Source: Pseudomonadota bacterium
GTDB taxonomy: Bacteria > Pseudomonadota > Gammaproteobacteria > JAKAQQ01
Direction: 5' to 3'
DNA: 64,000 bases
Assembly: GCA_027320085.1 (NCBI GenBank)
Contig: DAHVLZ010000010.1
Coordinates: 32,001-96,000, forward strand
The notes under the pieces are model-generated. The model worked only from the letters and a program-made list of their open reading frames with translations, did not search any database and was not told where the DNA came from. Positions within the stretch are counted from its first letter, which is position 1, and every line of letters begins with the position of its first letter. Positions 42,324 to 52,102 of this stretch are shown piece after piece. The translations under genes and the position numbers were made by a program.

Positions 42324-43487
42324 TCACCGGGGAGCGAGTCGGTAGGCCACGAGACGGCCGCCCGAGGTCAGGACGAACAGGCGTCCCCGCGCGGTCACGG
42401 GGGCTTGCTCGATCGCCGAATCTCCGGCACGCACACGATCCAGGAGATGGCCCGTCTGGCGGGACAGAAACTCGACCCAGCCCTTGAGATCACCCGTGAC
42501 GACCGCAGGACCGAAGGGAGTCGGTGCCGTGAGCCGGCGACCCAGGAAATCCGGATTGGTCCAGATCGGCAACCCGGTCGTCCGGTCGAAGACCCGGATC
42601 ACGCCCCTCTGACCGGTGACATAGACGTTTTCCTGTCCCACGCTGAGTCCCGCCAGGCTCGAGACGTGACGCGACCAGACCCGCTTGCCCGTCTGGCTGG
42701 ACAGGCACACGAGCCGGCCATGGTCATTCACGGCAAAGAGCTGGTGGTGGTTGAGACCCATCCGCCAGGCGACATCGACCATCCGCTGGACCTGATTGTG
42801 CCCGGGTGCATAGGCCAGGGCCGTGTGCCAGCGCTCGTGTCCGGTCGCCGTCACGATGGCCACGACGTGCCCGTCGCTGAAACCGGCGTAGACGCCGTGG
42901 CGGGTCACGATCGGGGGCGCATTGCCACGCAGGAGCAGATGGGGCTCGCGCTCATGGATCTTCCAGAGCAGCGTTCCCCGTCTGGCCGAGAAGTTCCACA
43001 CGCGGCTGTCCCCGGTCAGGACGACCACCCGCCCGAAAGCGATGACCGGTGGGGCCAGGGCAAAGCTCAGAAGGTGCGACCGCCAGAGCGTCCGGCCATT
43101 TTTGGCGCTGAGCACGACGAGCCAGCCCCGCCGGGTCACGACCGCCAGCCGCCCCTCTCCGACACCCGGACCGGCGGTGATGGCCTGCCCGATCCGGATA
43201 CTCCAGAGGAGCCGTCCGGTCCGGGCCTGCCAGGCCGCCACCCGTCCGCCCCGGCTCGCGGCAAAAACCACCCCCCCTCCGGCATCCACGGCCGGGAGGA
43301 GCCCATAGCGCTGTCCCCCGGCCCCTGATCCCACCTCATGCGACCAGAGCCGGATGACCCCGATCCGGGGATGGAACGGTTTGAGCGGCGTGGGTGGCAG
43401 AACCGTGCTGCGGTTGCCGCAGCCCGCGAGGAGGGTGGCCAGCGCGAGCGGAACCAGAAGAAGGACGGTCAGACGGCGCCGGCTCAT
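42324..43487 (-). CDS. bamB: Outer membrane assembly lipoprotein BamB
   Basis: LAGC lipobox, PQQ-like repeats, synteny. Confidence 0.92.
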   Translation of the reverse strand: MSRRRLTVLLLVPLALATLLAGCGNRSTVLPPTPLKPFHPRIGVIRLWSHEVGSGAGGQRYGLLPAVDAGGGVVFAASRGGRVAAWQARTGRLLWSIRIGQAITAGPGVGEGRLAVVTRRGWLVVLSAKNGRTLWRSHLLSFALAPPVIAFGRVVVLTGDSRVWNFSARRGTLLWKIHEREPHLLLRGNAPPIVTRHGVYAGFSDGHVVAIVTATGHERWHTALAYAPGHNQVQRMVDVAWRMGLNHHQLFAVNDHGRLVCLSSQTGKRVWSRHVSSLAGLSVGQENVYVTGQRGVIRVFDRTTGLPIWTNPDFLGRRLTAPTPFGPAVVTGDLKGWVEFLSRQTGHLLDRVRAGDSAIEQAPVTARGRLFVLTSGGRLVAYRLAPR

Positions 43488-44200
43488 GACTGCGCTCCGG
43501 CCGGACGGGGACCGGGCGGGGTGGAAACCGTCCCTGCCGCCTTGGCCTTGACGGGAGCCGTCTTGGCCGGAGGAGTCGGCAAGGTCGACATCTCGACACG
43601 GACAATCCGCCTGAGCGCCCCTTCCCCGGTACCGAGGTTGTCCAGTGCCAGCGTCCAGTCGTTCCGCGCCCGGTGGAAGTGGTGAAGCGCACGGTCCGCC
43701 CGGCCCTTGAGCCAGGCCGTGAGCCCGACATAAGCACCCGGGTTCTGGCCGTGGAACAGGGCCAGCACGGCTTTGGGATCGTGCTGCTCGAGATCCACCC
43801 GGGCCAGCCGGACGCGGATCAAGGGCGCGAGAGCCGGATCGGGATCATGGGCGAGCGCCCACTCGAGGTCATGGGCCACACGGGACCATTTTTCGTGGCG
43901 GGCCTGGAGCTTGGCCAGCGTGAGGGCGGCGAAGGTGGCCTCGATGGTTCCCCGGTCGTGCTGCATGATGAGACGGGCTTCGGCCGTGGCCTGAGCCCAG
44001 CGGGCATGGGCCAGATCATGCCCCAGCCGGCTGTAGGCCACCCCGGCCCTTTCCTGGGCTGCCCGTTGCTCGTAGCGCCAGACCCGCCATCCGGAAAATC
44101 CGAGCAGAACCGCGACCAGGCTCACGGCCATGAAGCGCCCGTTCTGTTTCCAGAAGTTGACGAAAAGCTCGATTTCCCGTTCCTGCCACTGTTCTTCCAC
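43484..44200 (-). CDS. yfgM: YfgM-family TPR protein
   Basis: FWKQNG, TM, RLARV; synteny. Confidence 0.9.
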   Translation of the reverse strand: MEEQWQEREIELFVNFWKQNGRFMAVSLVAVLLGFSGWRVWRYEQRAAQERAGVAYSRLGHDLAHARWAQATAEARLIMQHDRGTIEATFAALTLAKLQARHEKWSRVAHDLEWALAHDPDPALAPLIRVRLARVDLEQHDPKAVLALFHGQNPGAYVGLTAWLKGRADRALHHFHRARNDWTLALDNLGTGEGALRRIVRVEMSTLPTPPAKTAPVKAKAAGTVSTPPGPRPAGAQS

Positions 44201-44213
44201 CGTACCTCCGGTC

Positions 44214-45494
44214 TTATGCTGACGGGTCGGCGGGAGGTTCCCCGCCGACGAGATATTCCGCGAGTCCTGCCCGCGGGACGAAATCGGTGCGCCGCTCGCC
44301 CACGAGCGTCTTGACCTGGACCACTCCCCGCATCAGTTCATCCTCGCCCACGATCACGGCCCGCAGGGCCCCCGTGCGGTCCGCCTGCTTGAGTCGGGCC
44401 TTGAGCGAACCGGCCCCGAGACTGAACTCGATCTGCCGGCCGGGCAACAGGCGGTGCAGGTCCCGGATCAGTGCGAGACACTCGGCCTCGGCCCGGGCAC
44501 CCACGGGGATCACGACGGCATCCGGCCCTTCGGACCGGCGGACGGGAACCAGGCTGGCCAGCCGTTCGACCCCGAGCGCCCAGCCCACGGCCGGGAGCGG
44601 GGGACCGCCCAGTTGCTCGACCAGACTATCATAGCGTCCCCCCGAGCAAACCGCCGATTGGGCACCCAAAGCCGGGCTGGTCCATTCAAAGACGGTCTGG
44701 GTGTAGTAGTCGAGGCCGCGCACGAGTGTCGGATTGATGCGGAACGCCACACCGGCCGCCGTGACGAGTTCGAGGACCCGTTCCCAGTGGGCGCGGGAAT
44801 CGGGGCCGAGCGAGTCGATCAGCCGCGGTGCTTTTTCGAGGAGCACCCGGGCCCGTTCGGATTTGCTATCCAGCAAACGCAGGGGATTGCGGTCGAGGCG
44901 CCGTGCGTCATCCGGCTCGAGTTCCGCCCGGTGGGGCGTGAAGTAGTCGAGCAGCGTCTTCCGGTAGCGCTCGCGCTCGCCGGAGGTGCCGAGCGTGTTG
45001 AGTTCGAGTGTGAGCCCGGTCAAACCCAGCGCGGCCCAGAGTTCGTCGGTGAGGAGCAGGAGCTCGGCCTCGAGATCCGGGGTGGGGATCCCGAACACTT
45101 CGACCCCGATCTGGTGGAACTGGCGCTGGCGTCCCTTCTGTGGCCGTTCGTGCCGGAACATGGGGCCGGCGTACCAGAGCCGCTGGACGCCCTCCCGTCC
45201 CAGGTGGTGCTCGATCACGGCCCGCACGCACCCGGCCGTGGCCTCGGGTCGCAGCGCCAGGCGATCGCCATTGCGGTCGTCGAAGAGGTACATCTCCTTT
45301 TCAACGATATCCGTGACCTCGCCGATGCTTCTGACGAAGAGCGCCGCCTCCTCCACCAGAGGCAGCCGGATCTCCCGGTAACCGGCCCGGTGAAACACCC
45401 CACGAGCCACGCTTTCGATCCGCTGCCAGTGGGCGGTCTCGTGGGGCAAAAGATCGTTCATGCCGCGGACGTGAGCCGGAGTCTCGCGCTTCAT
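44214..45494 (-). CDS. hisS: Histidine--tRNA ligase
   Basis: RGMND, KEMY, LRPE, FRHERPQKGR, RGLDYY, GGRYD. Confidence 0.98.
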   Translation of the reverse strand: MKRETPAHVRGMNDLLPHETAHWQRIESVARGVFHRAGYREIRLPLVEEAALFVRSIGEVTDIVEKEMYLFDDRNGDRLALRPEATAGCVRAVIEHHLGREGVQRLWYAGPMFRHERPQKGRQRQFHQIGVEVFGIPTPDLEAELLLLTDELWAALGLTGLTLELNTLGTSGERERYRKTLLDYFTPHRAELEPDDARRLDRNPLRLLDSKSERARVLLEKAPRLIDSLGPDSRAHWERVLELVTAAGVAFRINPTLVRGLDYYTQTVFEWTSPALGAQSAVCSGGRYDSLVEQLGGPPLPAVGWALGVERLASLVPVRRSEGPDAVVIPVGARAEAECLALIRDLHRLLPGRQIEFSLGAGSLKARLKQADRTGALRAVIVGEDELMRGVVQVKTLVGERRTDFVPRAGLAEYLVGGEPPADPSA

Positions 45495-46294
45495 GGCCGG
45501 GACTTCCCGCCCGGACCGGAAAGCCGGATGACGGCCACCCGGTGGGATCCGGTCCAGGGCGCAAGCCGGAAGGGTGTCCCATCGACCGTGAGACGGACGG
45601 CCGGCGCGTTGCCGATATGGACCCGGACCGGCGGGGTCACCTGCAGGGTCAGGGTTTTGCCACCGGTGAGGAGGGCGGCATAGACGGTGTGACCGGCATG
45701 CCCGATTTCGATCCACGACCGGTGCCGCAAGGTGAAGTCGAGCACAAGCCGCCCGGCACCGGGCCGCGAGGGCTTGGCCCGGACCGGCCGGAGCGGGCGC
45801 CGGGTCGCCCGGGAGGCCTTCGCGGACCGTGGAACCGCCGGGGCTTTCGGATGCGCGGACCCCAGCATGGCGGGGAGCCGGCCGGCCGGCAGTCTCGAAA
45901 AATAGCCGATGAGGATCCCGGCGGCAGCAAACAGGAAAATTCCGCTCAAGACGGCCGGCAACCAGCGGGTGCGTGCACTCCCCCACGGGGTTTCCTCGGC
46001 CTCCCGGGATCTCGCCGCAAGCAACGGAGAATCCCAGGCGGGGAGCGGTGCCAGCCGATCGATCAGGGCATCGGGCGGAAATCCGAGCCAGTCGGCGTAA
46101 CGACGCAGATGGCCCAGGTAGTAGATCCGCGCGTCGAAGGCGTCAAGGCGGCCCGCCTCGAGCTGCTCCAGGATCTGGCGGGGCAGGTGGAGGGCCTGGG
46201 CCGCCTGTTCGAGGCTGACCTGCCGTTCGGCGCGGCGGTGGGCGAGGAGCGTTCCGGTCTCCACGCTGGTCAGGCGGGATTCGGGACTGGTCAC
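45491..46294 (-). CDS. rodZ: RodZ-like protein
   Basis: HTH, TM, C-terminal IGNAPAV; synteny. Confidence 0.88.
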   Translation of the reverse strand: MTSPESRLTSVETGTLLAHRRAERQVSLEQAAQALHLPRQILEQLEAGRLDAFDARIYYLGHLRRYADWLGFPPDALIDRLAPLPAWDSPLLAARSREAEETPWGSARTRWLPAVLSGIFLFAAAGILIGYFSRLPAGRLPAMLGSAHPKAPAVPRSAKASRATRRPLRPVRAKPSRPGAGRLVLDFTLRHRSWIEIGHAGHTVYAALLTGGKTLTLQVTPPVRVHIGNAPAVRLTVDGTPFRLAPWTGSHRVAVIRLSGPGGKSRP

Positions 46295-47055
46295 GATCCG
46301 GGATGGCGAAGGAAGGCAAGCGCCTCGGGCGAACCCGGATAGTCCCGGAGCAGGATGGCGCCGTAGCGGTCGGCCATCAGGCTGTCACCGAGCGCCCACT
46401 CGGTCCGGATGAGCAGCCAGAGCACGGGGGGGGCGGGACGGGGACCGAGATCGGCCAGGCGGAGCAGGTCACGGGCCGCCCGATGGAGATGGTGGGCCCG
46501 CCGTTCCACCCGGGCCAGCTGCCAGAGGGCCGGGGGATAGTTGCGGTCGAAGGACAGTGCCCTCTCAAAATCATGACGGGCGGGCGCGGCCTCGTGAATC
46601 CGGAGCTCGCAGATCCCGGCATTGGTGTAGGCCACCTCCGGGGTCAGGTAGGACGGGGTTCTCCCGGCCCGGTGCAGGTAGGCCAACCCCCGCCGGATCC
46701 GGTTGGTATGACAGAGGAAGACCCCGTACGCATTGAGGGTCACCGCATCGTGTGGACGGAGCGACAGGGCTCGCCGGTAGAGCCGGTCGGCGGTCTGGTT
46801 GCGTCCGAGTTCCACGTTGAGGAGGGCGAGCCCGTCATGGGCGCTCACGGAATGGGGATTGAGCTTGAGGGCCCGCTCGAAGCTGTGCATGGCGAGCGTG
46901 CGCTCCCGCCGGCGCAGATAGATCATGCCCATGGTGACGTTGTCCCGGGCTGCCGCCCGGAGGTTGACAGTCGGGCGGGGCGCCGTGGATTCGGTGACAC
47001 AACCGGTCATGGCGCACGCCAGGCCGGCCAGAACCACCCCCTTGAGGATCCTCAC
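46291..47055 (-). CDS. pilW: Type IV pilus biogenesis TPR lipoprotein PilW/PilF
   Basis: MTGC lipobox, NAYGVFLC, TNAGIC. Confidence 0.9.
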   Translation of the reverse strand: MRILKGVVLAGLACAMTGCVTESTAPRPTVNLRAAARDNVTMGMIYLRRRERTLAMHSFERALKLNPHSVSAHDGLALLNVELGRNQTADRLYRRALSLRPHDAVTLNAYGVFLCHTNRIRRGLAYLHRAGRTPSYLTPEVAYTNAGICELRIHEAAPARHDFERALSFDRNYPPALWQLARVERRAHHLHRAARDLLRLADLGPRPAPPVLWLLIRTEWALGDSLMADRYGAILLRDYPGSPEALAFLRHPGS

Positions 47056-48176
47056 GCCGAAGCTCCCGCGAGCGCGAAGCGCTGCCGCTCCGGCAGACGG
47101 TTGGCCACCCGGCCGGCCAGCTGCCCGCAGGCCGCGGCAATGCTCTCGCCCCGGGGACGGCGGATCAGGGTCCGGATCCCGGAGTCGATCAGGCGACGCT
47201 GGAAATCCTCGATCACCGCGACGGGCGAGCGGGCAAACCCGCTTGCGGGAAAGGGGTTGAAGGGGATCAGATTGACCTTGACCGGGATGCCGGCCAGACA
47301 GCGGATCAACGCGCGGGCATCGGCCGGGGTGTCGTTCACCCCATCCAGCATCACGTACTCGACCAGGATCTCCCGGTCCGGGTGGCGGTCGGCATAGCGG
47401 CGCATGGCCCCCAGAAGATCCGTGAGGGGATGCACACGGTTGATCGGGACGAGCCGGTCACGCAGTTCGTCCCGGGCAGCATGAAGGGAAATCGCGAGTG
47501 CGACGTCGTGCTCGGAAGCGAGCCGGTCGATCACGGGAACGAGGCCGGCCGTGCTCACGGTCACGCGCCACTTGGAAAACCCGTACGCACAGTCGTCGGT
47601 CAGGAGGTGCAGGACGGATGACAGCGCCGCGTAGTTCGCAAGCGGTTCGCCCATCCCCATGAACACCACGTTGTGGACCGGCCGCTGGGGAGCGCTCACG
47701 GATCCGGCGTGCCAGACCTGCCATAACTGGGCCACGATCTCGGCACTCGTGAGATTGCGGCTGAACCCCTGGGCCCCGGTGGCACAAAAGGCGCAGTGCA
47801 GGACGCAGCCCGCCTGGGTCGACAGGCAGAGCGTACGCCGGTCCTCGTCCGGGATGACCACCGCCTCGACCGCGTTCTGGGCATCCACTTGAAACAGCCA
47901 TTTTTCGGTGCCGTCGGCATCGCGTGCGCGCGACAGGACCGGCAGCCGCCTCACCTCCGCGGTGTCGCCGAGACGGGCCCGGAGCGCCCGGCTGAGATCC
48001 GTCATCCGGTCGCAGTCGACGATCCCGCGCTGGTGGACCCAGGCCAAAACCTGGCGCGCATGAAAGGCCGCCTCCCCGGCCTGGACCATCCAGGCCGCGA
48101 GTGCCGCCCGGTCAGACCCGAGGAGGGAGAGCGGTGCGGTCGGGTGCGGTTCAGGGATCCGTTCGGTCGCAGACAT
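47052..48176 (-). CDS. rlmN: Radical SAM RNA methyltransferase RlmN
   Basis: [20 protein letters not shown]. Confidence 0.97.
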   Translation of the reverse strand: MSATERIPEPHPTAPLSLLGSDRAALAAWMVQAGEAAFHARQVLAWVHQRGIVDCDRMTDLSRALRARLGDTAEVRRLPVLSRARDADGTEKWLFQVDAQNAVEAVVIPDEDRRTLCLSTQAGCVLHCAFCATGAQGFSRNLTSAEIVAQLWQVWHAGSVSAPQRPVHNVVFMGMGEPLANYAALSSVLHLLTDDCAYGFSKWRVTVSTAGLVPVIDRLASEHDVALAISLHAARDELRDRLVPINRVHPLTDLLGAMRRYADRHPDREILVEYVMLDGVNDTPADARALIRCLAGIPVKVNLIPFNPFPASGFARSPVAVIEDFQRRLIDSGIRTLIRRPRGESIAAACGQLAGRVANRLPERQRFALAGASA

Positions 48177-48585
48177 CGATCGCGCCGAAAAAGAAGTGGA
48201 TTTCCTCGCGCGCCGTCTCCGGGCTATCCGAACCGTGAACGAGATTGCGTTCAATGCTCTCGCCCCACTCGCGCCGGATTGTTCCGGGAGCCGCCCGTGC
48301 CGGATCGGTCGCACCCATGAGTTCGCGGTTCTTCCGGACGGCCTCCTCCCCTTCGAGCACCTGCACGAGAACCGGACCCGACGTCATGTAGTCGACCAGC
48401 GAGGCGAAAAACGGACGGGTGCGATGCACCGCGTAGAAACGCTCGGCCTCGTCCCGGCCCAGGCGGCGCATGCGGGCTGCCACGACCCTAAGGCCGGCCC
48501 GTTCGAAATGGCCAACCACCGCCCCGATGAGATTGCGGGACACACCGTCCGGCTTGATGATGGAAAGGGTCCGTTCGAGCGTCAT
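48151..48585 (-). CDS. ndk: Nucleoside diphosphate kinase
   Basis: [16 protein letters not shown]. Confidence 0.98.
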   Translation of the reverse strand: MTLERTLSIIKPDGVSRNLIGAVVGHFERAGLRVVAARMRRLGRDEAERFYAVHRTRPFFASLVDYMTSGPVLVQVLEGEEAVRKNRELMGATDPARAAPGTIRREWGESIERNLVHGSDSPETAREEIHFFFGAIDVCDRTDP

Positions 48586-48700
48586 GAACTGTTCTCCGCA
48601 GACCGGTCCGGCCGGCCAGAAAGTAGAATGGAAACGCTTCAGTTTAGCGCGCGGGCGGCTGCTCCCGCAAATCGTGGTGCCCCCCGGGCCGCGGATCAGG

Positions 48701-49222
48701 TTAGGGCAGATCGTCGATGGCCCGCTCCGCGTGCTCCCGCATGCCTTCCTTGATTCCGTGCGCAAGGGTGATCAGGAACAGCTGGGCTCCTTCCCGCCTT
48801 GCGAATTTCATCGCCGGGATAAAATCGCTGTCCGCAGTAACCCGAACGATGACCTGCGCCTGACACTTGAGCGTCAAGCTCGCGATGTCGAGCCCGATCC
48901 TCCTATCGCCACCCTTCTGCCGAATGCTGGGCCTCACGTCAGAGGACGTCACTTCGACTGGGGATTCCGGCTTTGCCAAGATCTTGTGGTCAAGATTCCA
49001 GCCTTCATGACAGAGCTCGCCGAAGCGTAGCGCGAAGAACGGCCTTTTCATAAGATCCGCGTGGATGCGCTTGTTCCGCTTGGCCACTTCGGTTGCGCCA
49101 AAGTTGAGAGCACCGCCCCCGAGTGGTGCCGTGGTGATACCTTCCAGTGGTTGCGCATCGTAATAGTAGATGCGGTGGAGACACATCTCGCCGAGACAAA
49201 AGAAAATCAAGGAACTATCCAA
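48701..49222 (-). pseudogene. NYN/LabA (PIN-like) protein, 5'-truncated and degenerate
   Basis: RIYYYDA, QKGGDRRIGLD, ADSDFIPA; N-terminal DGG motif region missing. Confidence 0.7.
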
Positions 49223-49330
49223 TCCCCCGTGGCCGTAGTCACGGGGAACTTCGGGTTGGACTGGATAAATTAATCAGAGGTTCCGTTACCTTATTTCGGG
49301 ACGGCTCGCTTCTCCGTCGGTTGTTTTTGA

Positions 49331-49343
49331 GATACAATGTATC
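49331..49343 (+). promoter_or_regulatory. Operator palindrome upstream of dinJ
   Basis: GATACA-A-TGTATC just before the GGAGG RBS. Confidence 0.6.
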
Positions 49344-49362
49344 GCACTACGGAGGTACCCCG

Positions 49363-49641
49363 ATGTCCAGCACCACCATGATCCATGTGCGCGTGAACGA
49401 GAAGATCAAGACCCGGGCCACCAAAGCGCTCGGCGCCATGGGGCTTTCCATTTCCGACGCCGTGCGTATCCTGCTGACGCGGGTCGCGGCCGAAAAGCGC
49501 CTGCCGTTCGAGATCCGGATTCCGAACGCCGAGACCCGCGCCGCCATGACCGAGACCGAGGAGCTTCTGCGAGACCGGCGCGCTCACTTCCGCTCGGTCG
49601 ACGAGATCTTCGATGACCTTGAGCAGAACCCCGGGAAGTAA
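49363..49641 (+). CDS. dinJ: RelB/DinJ antitoxin
   Basis: HVRV, GLSISDAVR, LPFE..PNAET. Confidence 0.92.
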   Translation: MSSTTMIHVRVNEKIKTRATKALGAMGLSISDAVRILLTRVAAEKRLPFEIRIPNAETRAAMTETEELLRDRRAHFRSVDEIFDDLEQNPGK

Positions 49642-49942
49642 GCGCGCGCCACCGCCGCGCGCCGCGGATTTCGCCAAGCCGTTCCACAAAGATGGGGGGC
49701 GGCTTTCACACGCCGGTCGCTTTGACATGCGGCGTCTGAAGGAGGTGATGCTGCTCCTCATCGCCAACAACGGACCGCTCGGCCCCGAGTGGCAGGACCA
49801 CACGTTGACTGGTGACTGGGATACCTATCGAGAATGCCACGTCGGTGGCGATTTCCTGCTGATCTATCGACTCGATGGCAAGGCGCCGCACGAGGTCGTG
49901 GTGTTCGTGCGTGCAGGTACGCACGCAGACCTGTTCGAGTGA
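49613..49942 (+). CDS. yafQ: YafQ toxin
   Basis: DHTL, RECHVGGDFLLIY, RAGTHADLF. Confidence 0.92.
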   Translation: MTLSRTPGSKRAPPPRAADFAKPFHKDGGRLSHAGRFDMRRLKEVMLLLIANNGPLGPEWQDHTLTGDWDTYRECHVGGDFLLIYRLDGKAPHEVVVFVRAGTHADLFE

Positions 49943-50115
49943 GGAGCTGGCGAGGCCCTGGCCAGCCGTTATTCTATAACCCACTCTTTGCAGCACATAA
50001 GTGCCATTGTCATCGGCCGGGTCCCCGCCCTCGGCTGGATTTCCCTTGATTCGGCGCCCCGCTCGCGGGTTTCACAGGCCTAGCTCCTCTGCCCAAGGGA
50101 TCCGCCGCCCCCCGG

Positions 50116-50442
50116 CTAGACCGTGAAGCTCTCGCCGCAGCCGCAGACCTCGCGCGCGCGCGGGTTTTCGAAACGGAACATGCGGTTCAGTCCCTGGCGT
50201 ACGTAATCGACGGTGGTCCCCCGGACCAGGGGGAGATCGGCGGAGGCCACGAAGAGCGCAACCCCCCCACATTCAATCCTTTGGTCCTCGGGACCCGTGG
50301 TCTCCGCATAGCCGATCCGCCAGCGGTAGCCGGCGCATCCCGACCGTTCGACGGAAATGCGGAGTCCCGGCATCTCCGGCCGCTTCGCCAGCAGGCTCCG
50401 GGCCTGGTTCACGGCCTCGGGTGTCAGGGTCAGCTCAGTCAT
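50116..50442 (-). CDS. iscA: A-type Fe-S carrier (IscA/SufA)
   Basis: SGCAGY, CGCGESF. Confidence 0.9.
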   Translation of the reverse strand: MTELTLTPEAVNQARSLLAKRPEMPGLRISVERSGCAGYRWRIGYAETTGPEDQRIECGGVALFVASADLPLVRGTTVDYVRQGLNRMFRFENPRAREVCGCGESFTV

Positions 50443-50842
50443 CGGAAACCTCCCGCAGGGGGGCCAGTGCGGCCATCAGGGCATCCTCCACAATCAACGC
50501 CTCATCATAACGGGTGCGGGGATAACCCAGTTGACGGGCGACCGCGGCCCCGGTGGGCCAAAGACAGGTGGGCGGCTGCCCCTCGAGTGCATGGGCATAA
50601 AAGGCACACGCGGCGTTGGTCCAGGGACTGCCCCGGAAGCGGTAGCGGACCCGGGCAATCCGGCCGGCCTCGAGACAGAGCGAAAACTCGACCTCGGCCC
50701 CCGCCCCGGGGCTGCCCGCCCGGCCCTCATGGACTCCCGGGGTGCCGGGTTCAAAAGCACCGGCGCGTTCGAGGTTGTGTGCCCAGAAATCGAAGGGAGA
50801 GGATCCGGCCACCCCCCATGCCGGGGACCGAGCCTCACTCAT
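50435..50842 (-). CDS. IscU-like protein lacking canonical Cys ligands
   Basis: Position between iscS and iscA, size and motif spacing (GRAGSP, RFRGSP, IVEDAL) resemble IscU. Confidence 0.65.
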   Translation of the reverse strand: MSEARSPAWGVAGSSPFDFWAHNLERAGAFEPGTPGVHEGRAGSPGAGAEVEFSLCLEAGRIARVRYRFRGSPWTNAACAFYAHALEGQPPTCLWPTGAAVARQLGYPRTRYDEALIVEDALMAALAPLREVSDD

Positions 50843-52029
50843 CCGGCCTGCCGCCGGGTCGTCTCCGGTGCGATGGCGGACAGTCGGGCATAGGCCTGGG
50901 AGATGCAGAAGGCTGCCCGTTCGACCTCCTCCGCGGTCGTGAAGCGACCGAGCGTGATCCGCAGCGTGGACTCGGCCTCGGTGGCGGTGAGTCCCATCGC
51001 CTGAAGCACGTGCGAGGGCCCCCCGCGGGCACTGGAACAGGCCGAACCCTGGGCCACCGCGAGATCCCCCAGGAAGTAGATCAGACTTTCGCCATTGACC
51101 CCGCCGAAACTCACGCTGAGATGTCCGCAGGCCCGTGGCGCACCTCCTCCATTCAGTCGGACCCGGTCCAGGCGGGAGAGCTCGGCCCACAGGGCATCGC
51201 GCAGCCGCCCGATACGGGCGGCATCGGCCGCCCCCTCCTCCCGGGCGATGCGAAAAGCGGTGCCCAGTCCCACGATCTGGTGGGTCGCGAGTGTCCCGGC
51301 CCGAAGCCCGCGTTCCTGCCCGCCGCCGCGGATCATGGGTTCGAGGACGAGCGTGGGATCGTGGCGGACGTACAGGGCGCCGATCCCCTTGGGACCATAG
51401 ACCTTGTGCGCCGAGAAGGACATGAGGTCGACCGGCAGGACCGAGAGGTCGATCGGGAGCTTGCCCGCGCTCTGGACCGCATCCACGTGAAAGGGCACGC
51501 CGCGCGCGCGGCACCGCTGACCGATGGCCGCAATGTCCTGGATCACGCCGGTTTCATTGTTGACGTGCATGACCGAGCAGAGCACGGTCTCAGGTGTGAG
51601 CGCCTGGCCGACCCGTTCCGGATCCACCCGGCCCTCCCGGTCACAGGGCAGGTAGCTGACCCGGAATCCCTCGGCCTCAAGTGCACGGGCCGTATCAAGC
51701 ACGGAGGCGTGTTCGATGCGTGAGGTGACCAGATGGCGCCCCTGCCCCCGGCGCTGGGCGGCCAGTCCGCGCCAGGCCAGGTTGTTGGATTCGGTGGCTC
51801 CGGAGGTGAAGTAGATCTCGCGTTCCCGGGCACCGACCAGGGCCGCCACTTCCGCCCGGGCGTCCTCGACCGCCGCGCGGGCGGCACGACCCGGCACGTG
51901 CGTCACCGACGAGGGGTTCGCGAACAGCCCATCGGGACCCAGGAATCGGGCCATCTCCTTGATCACCCGCGGATCGGCCGGCGTCGTGGCGGCGTAGTCG
52001 AGGTAGATCGGACGCGGGGCAGAGGCCAT
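50839..52029 (-). CDS. iscS: Cysteine desulfurase (class I)
   Basis: YLDYAATTP, FTSGATES, SAHKVYGPKG, GSACSS. Confidence 0.93.
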   Translation of the reverse strand: MASAPRPIYLDYAATTPADPRVIKEMARFLGPDGLFANPSSVTHVPGRAARAAVEDARAEVAALVGAREREIYFTSGATESNNLAWRGLAAQRRGQGRHLVTSRIEHASVLDTARALEAEGFRVSYLPCDREGRVDPERVGQALTPETVLCSVMHVNNETGVIQDIAAIGQRCRARGVPFHVDAVQSAGKLPIDLSVLPVDLMSFSAHKVYGPKGIGALYVRHDPTLVLEPMIRGGGQERGLRAGTLATHQIVGLGTAFRIAREEGAADAARIGRLRDALWAELSRLDRVRLNGGGAPRACGHLSVSFGGVNGESLIYFLGDLAVAQGSACSSARGGPSHVLQAMGLTATEAESTLRITLGRFTTAEEVERAAFCISQAYARLSAIAPETTRRQAG

Positions 52030-52102
52030 GCGGCATTATAACGCCGGGAGCAGCGGAGACCGGGCTCTGCTATGATCCCCCCGTCCGTCCCGCGCCACGA
52101 CC

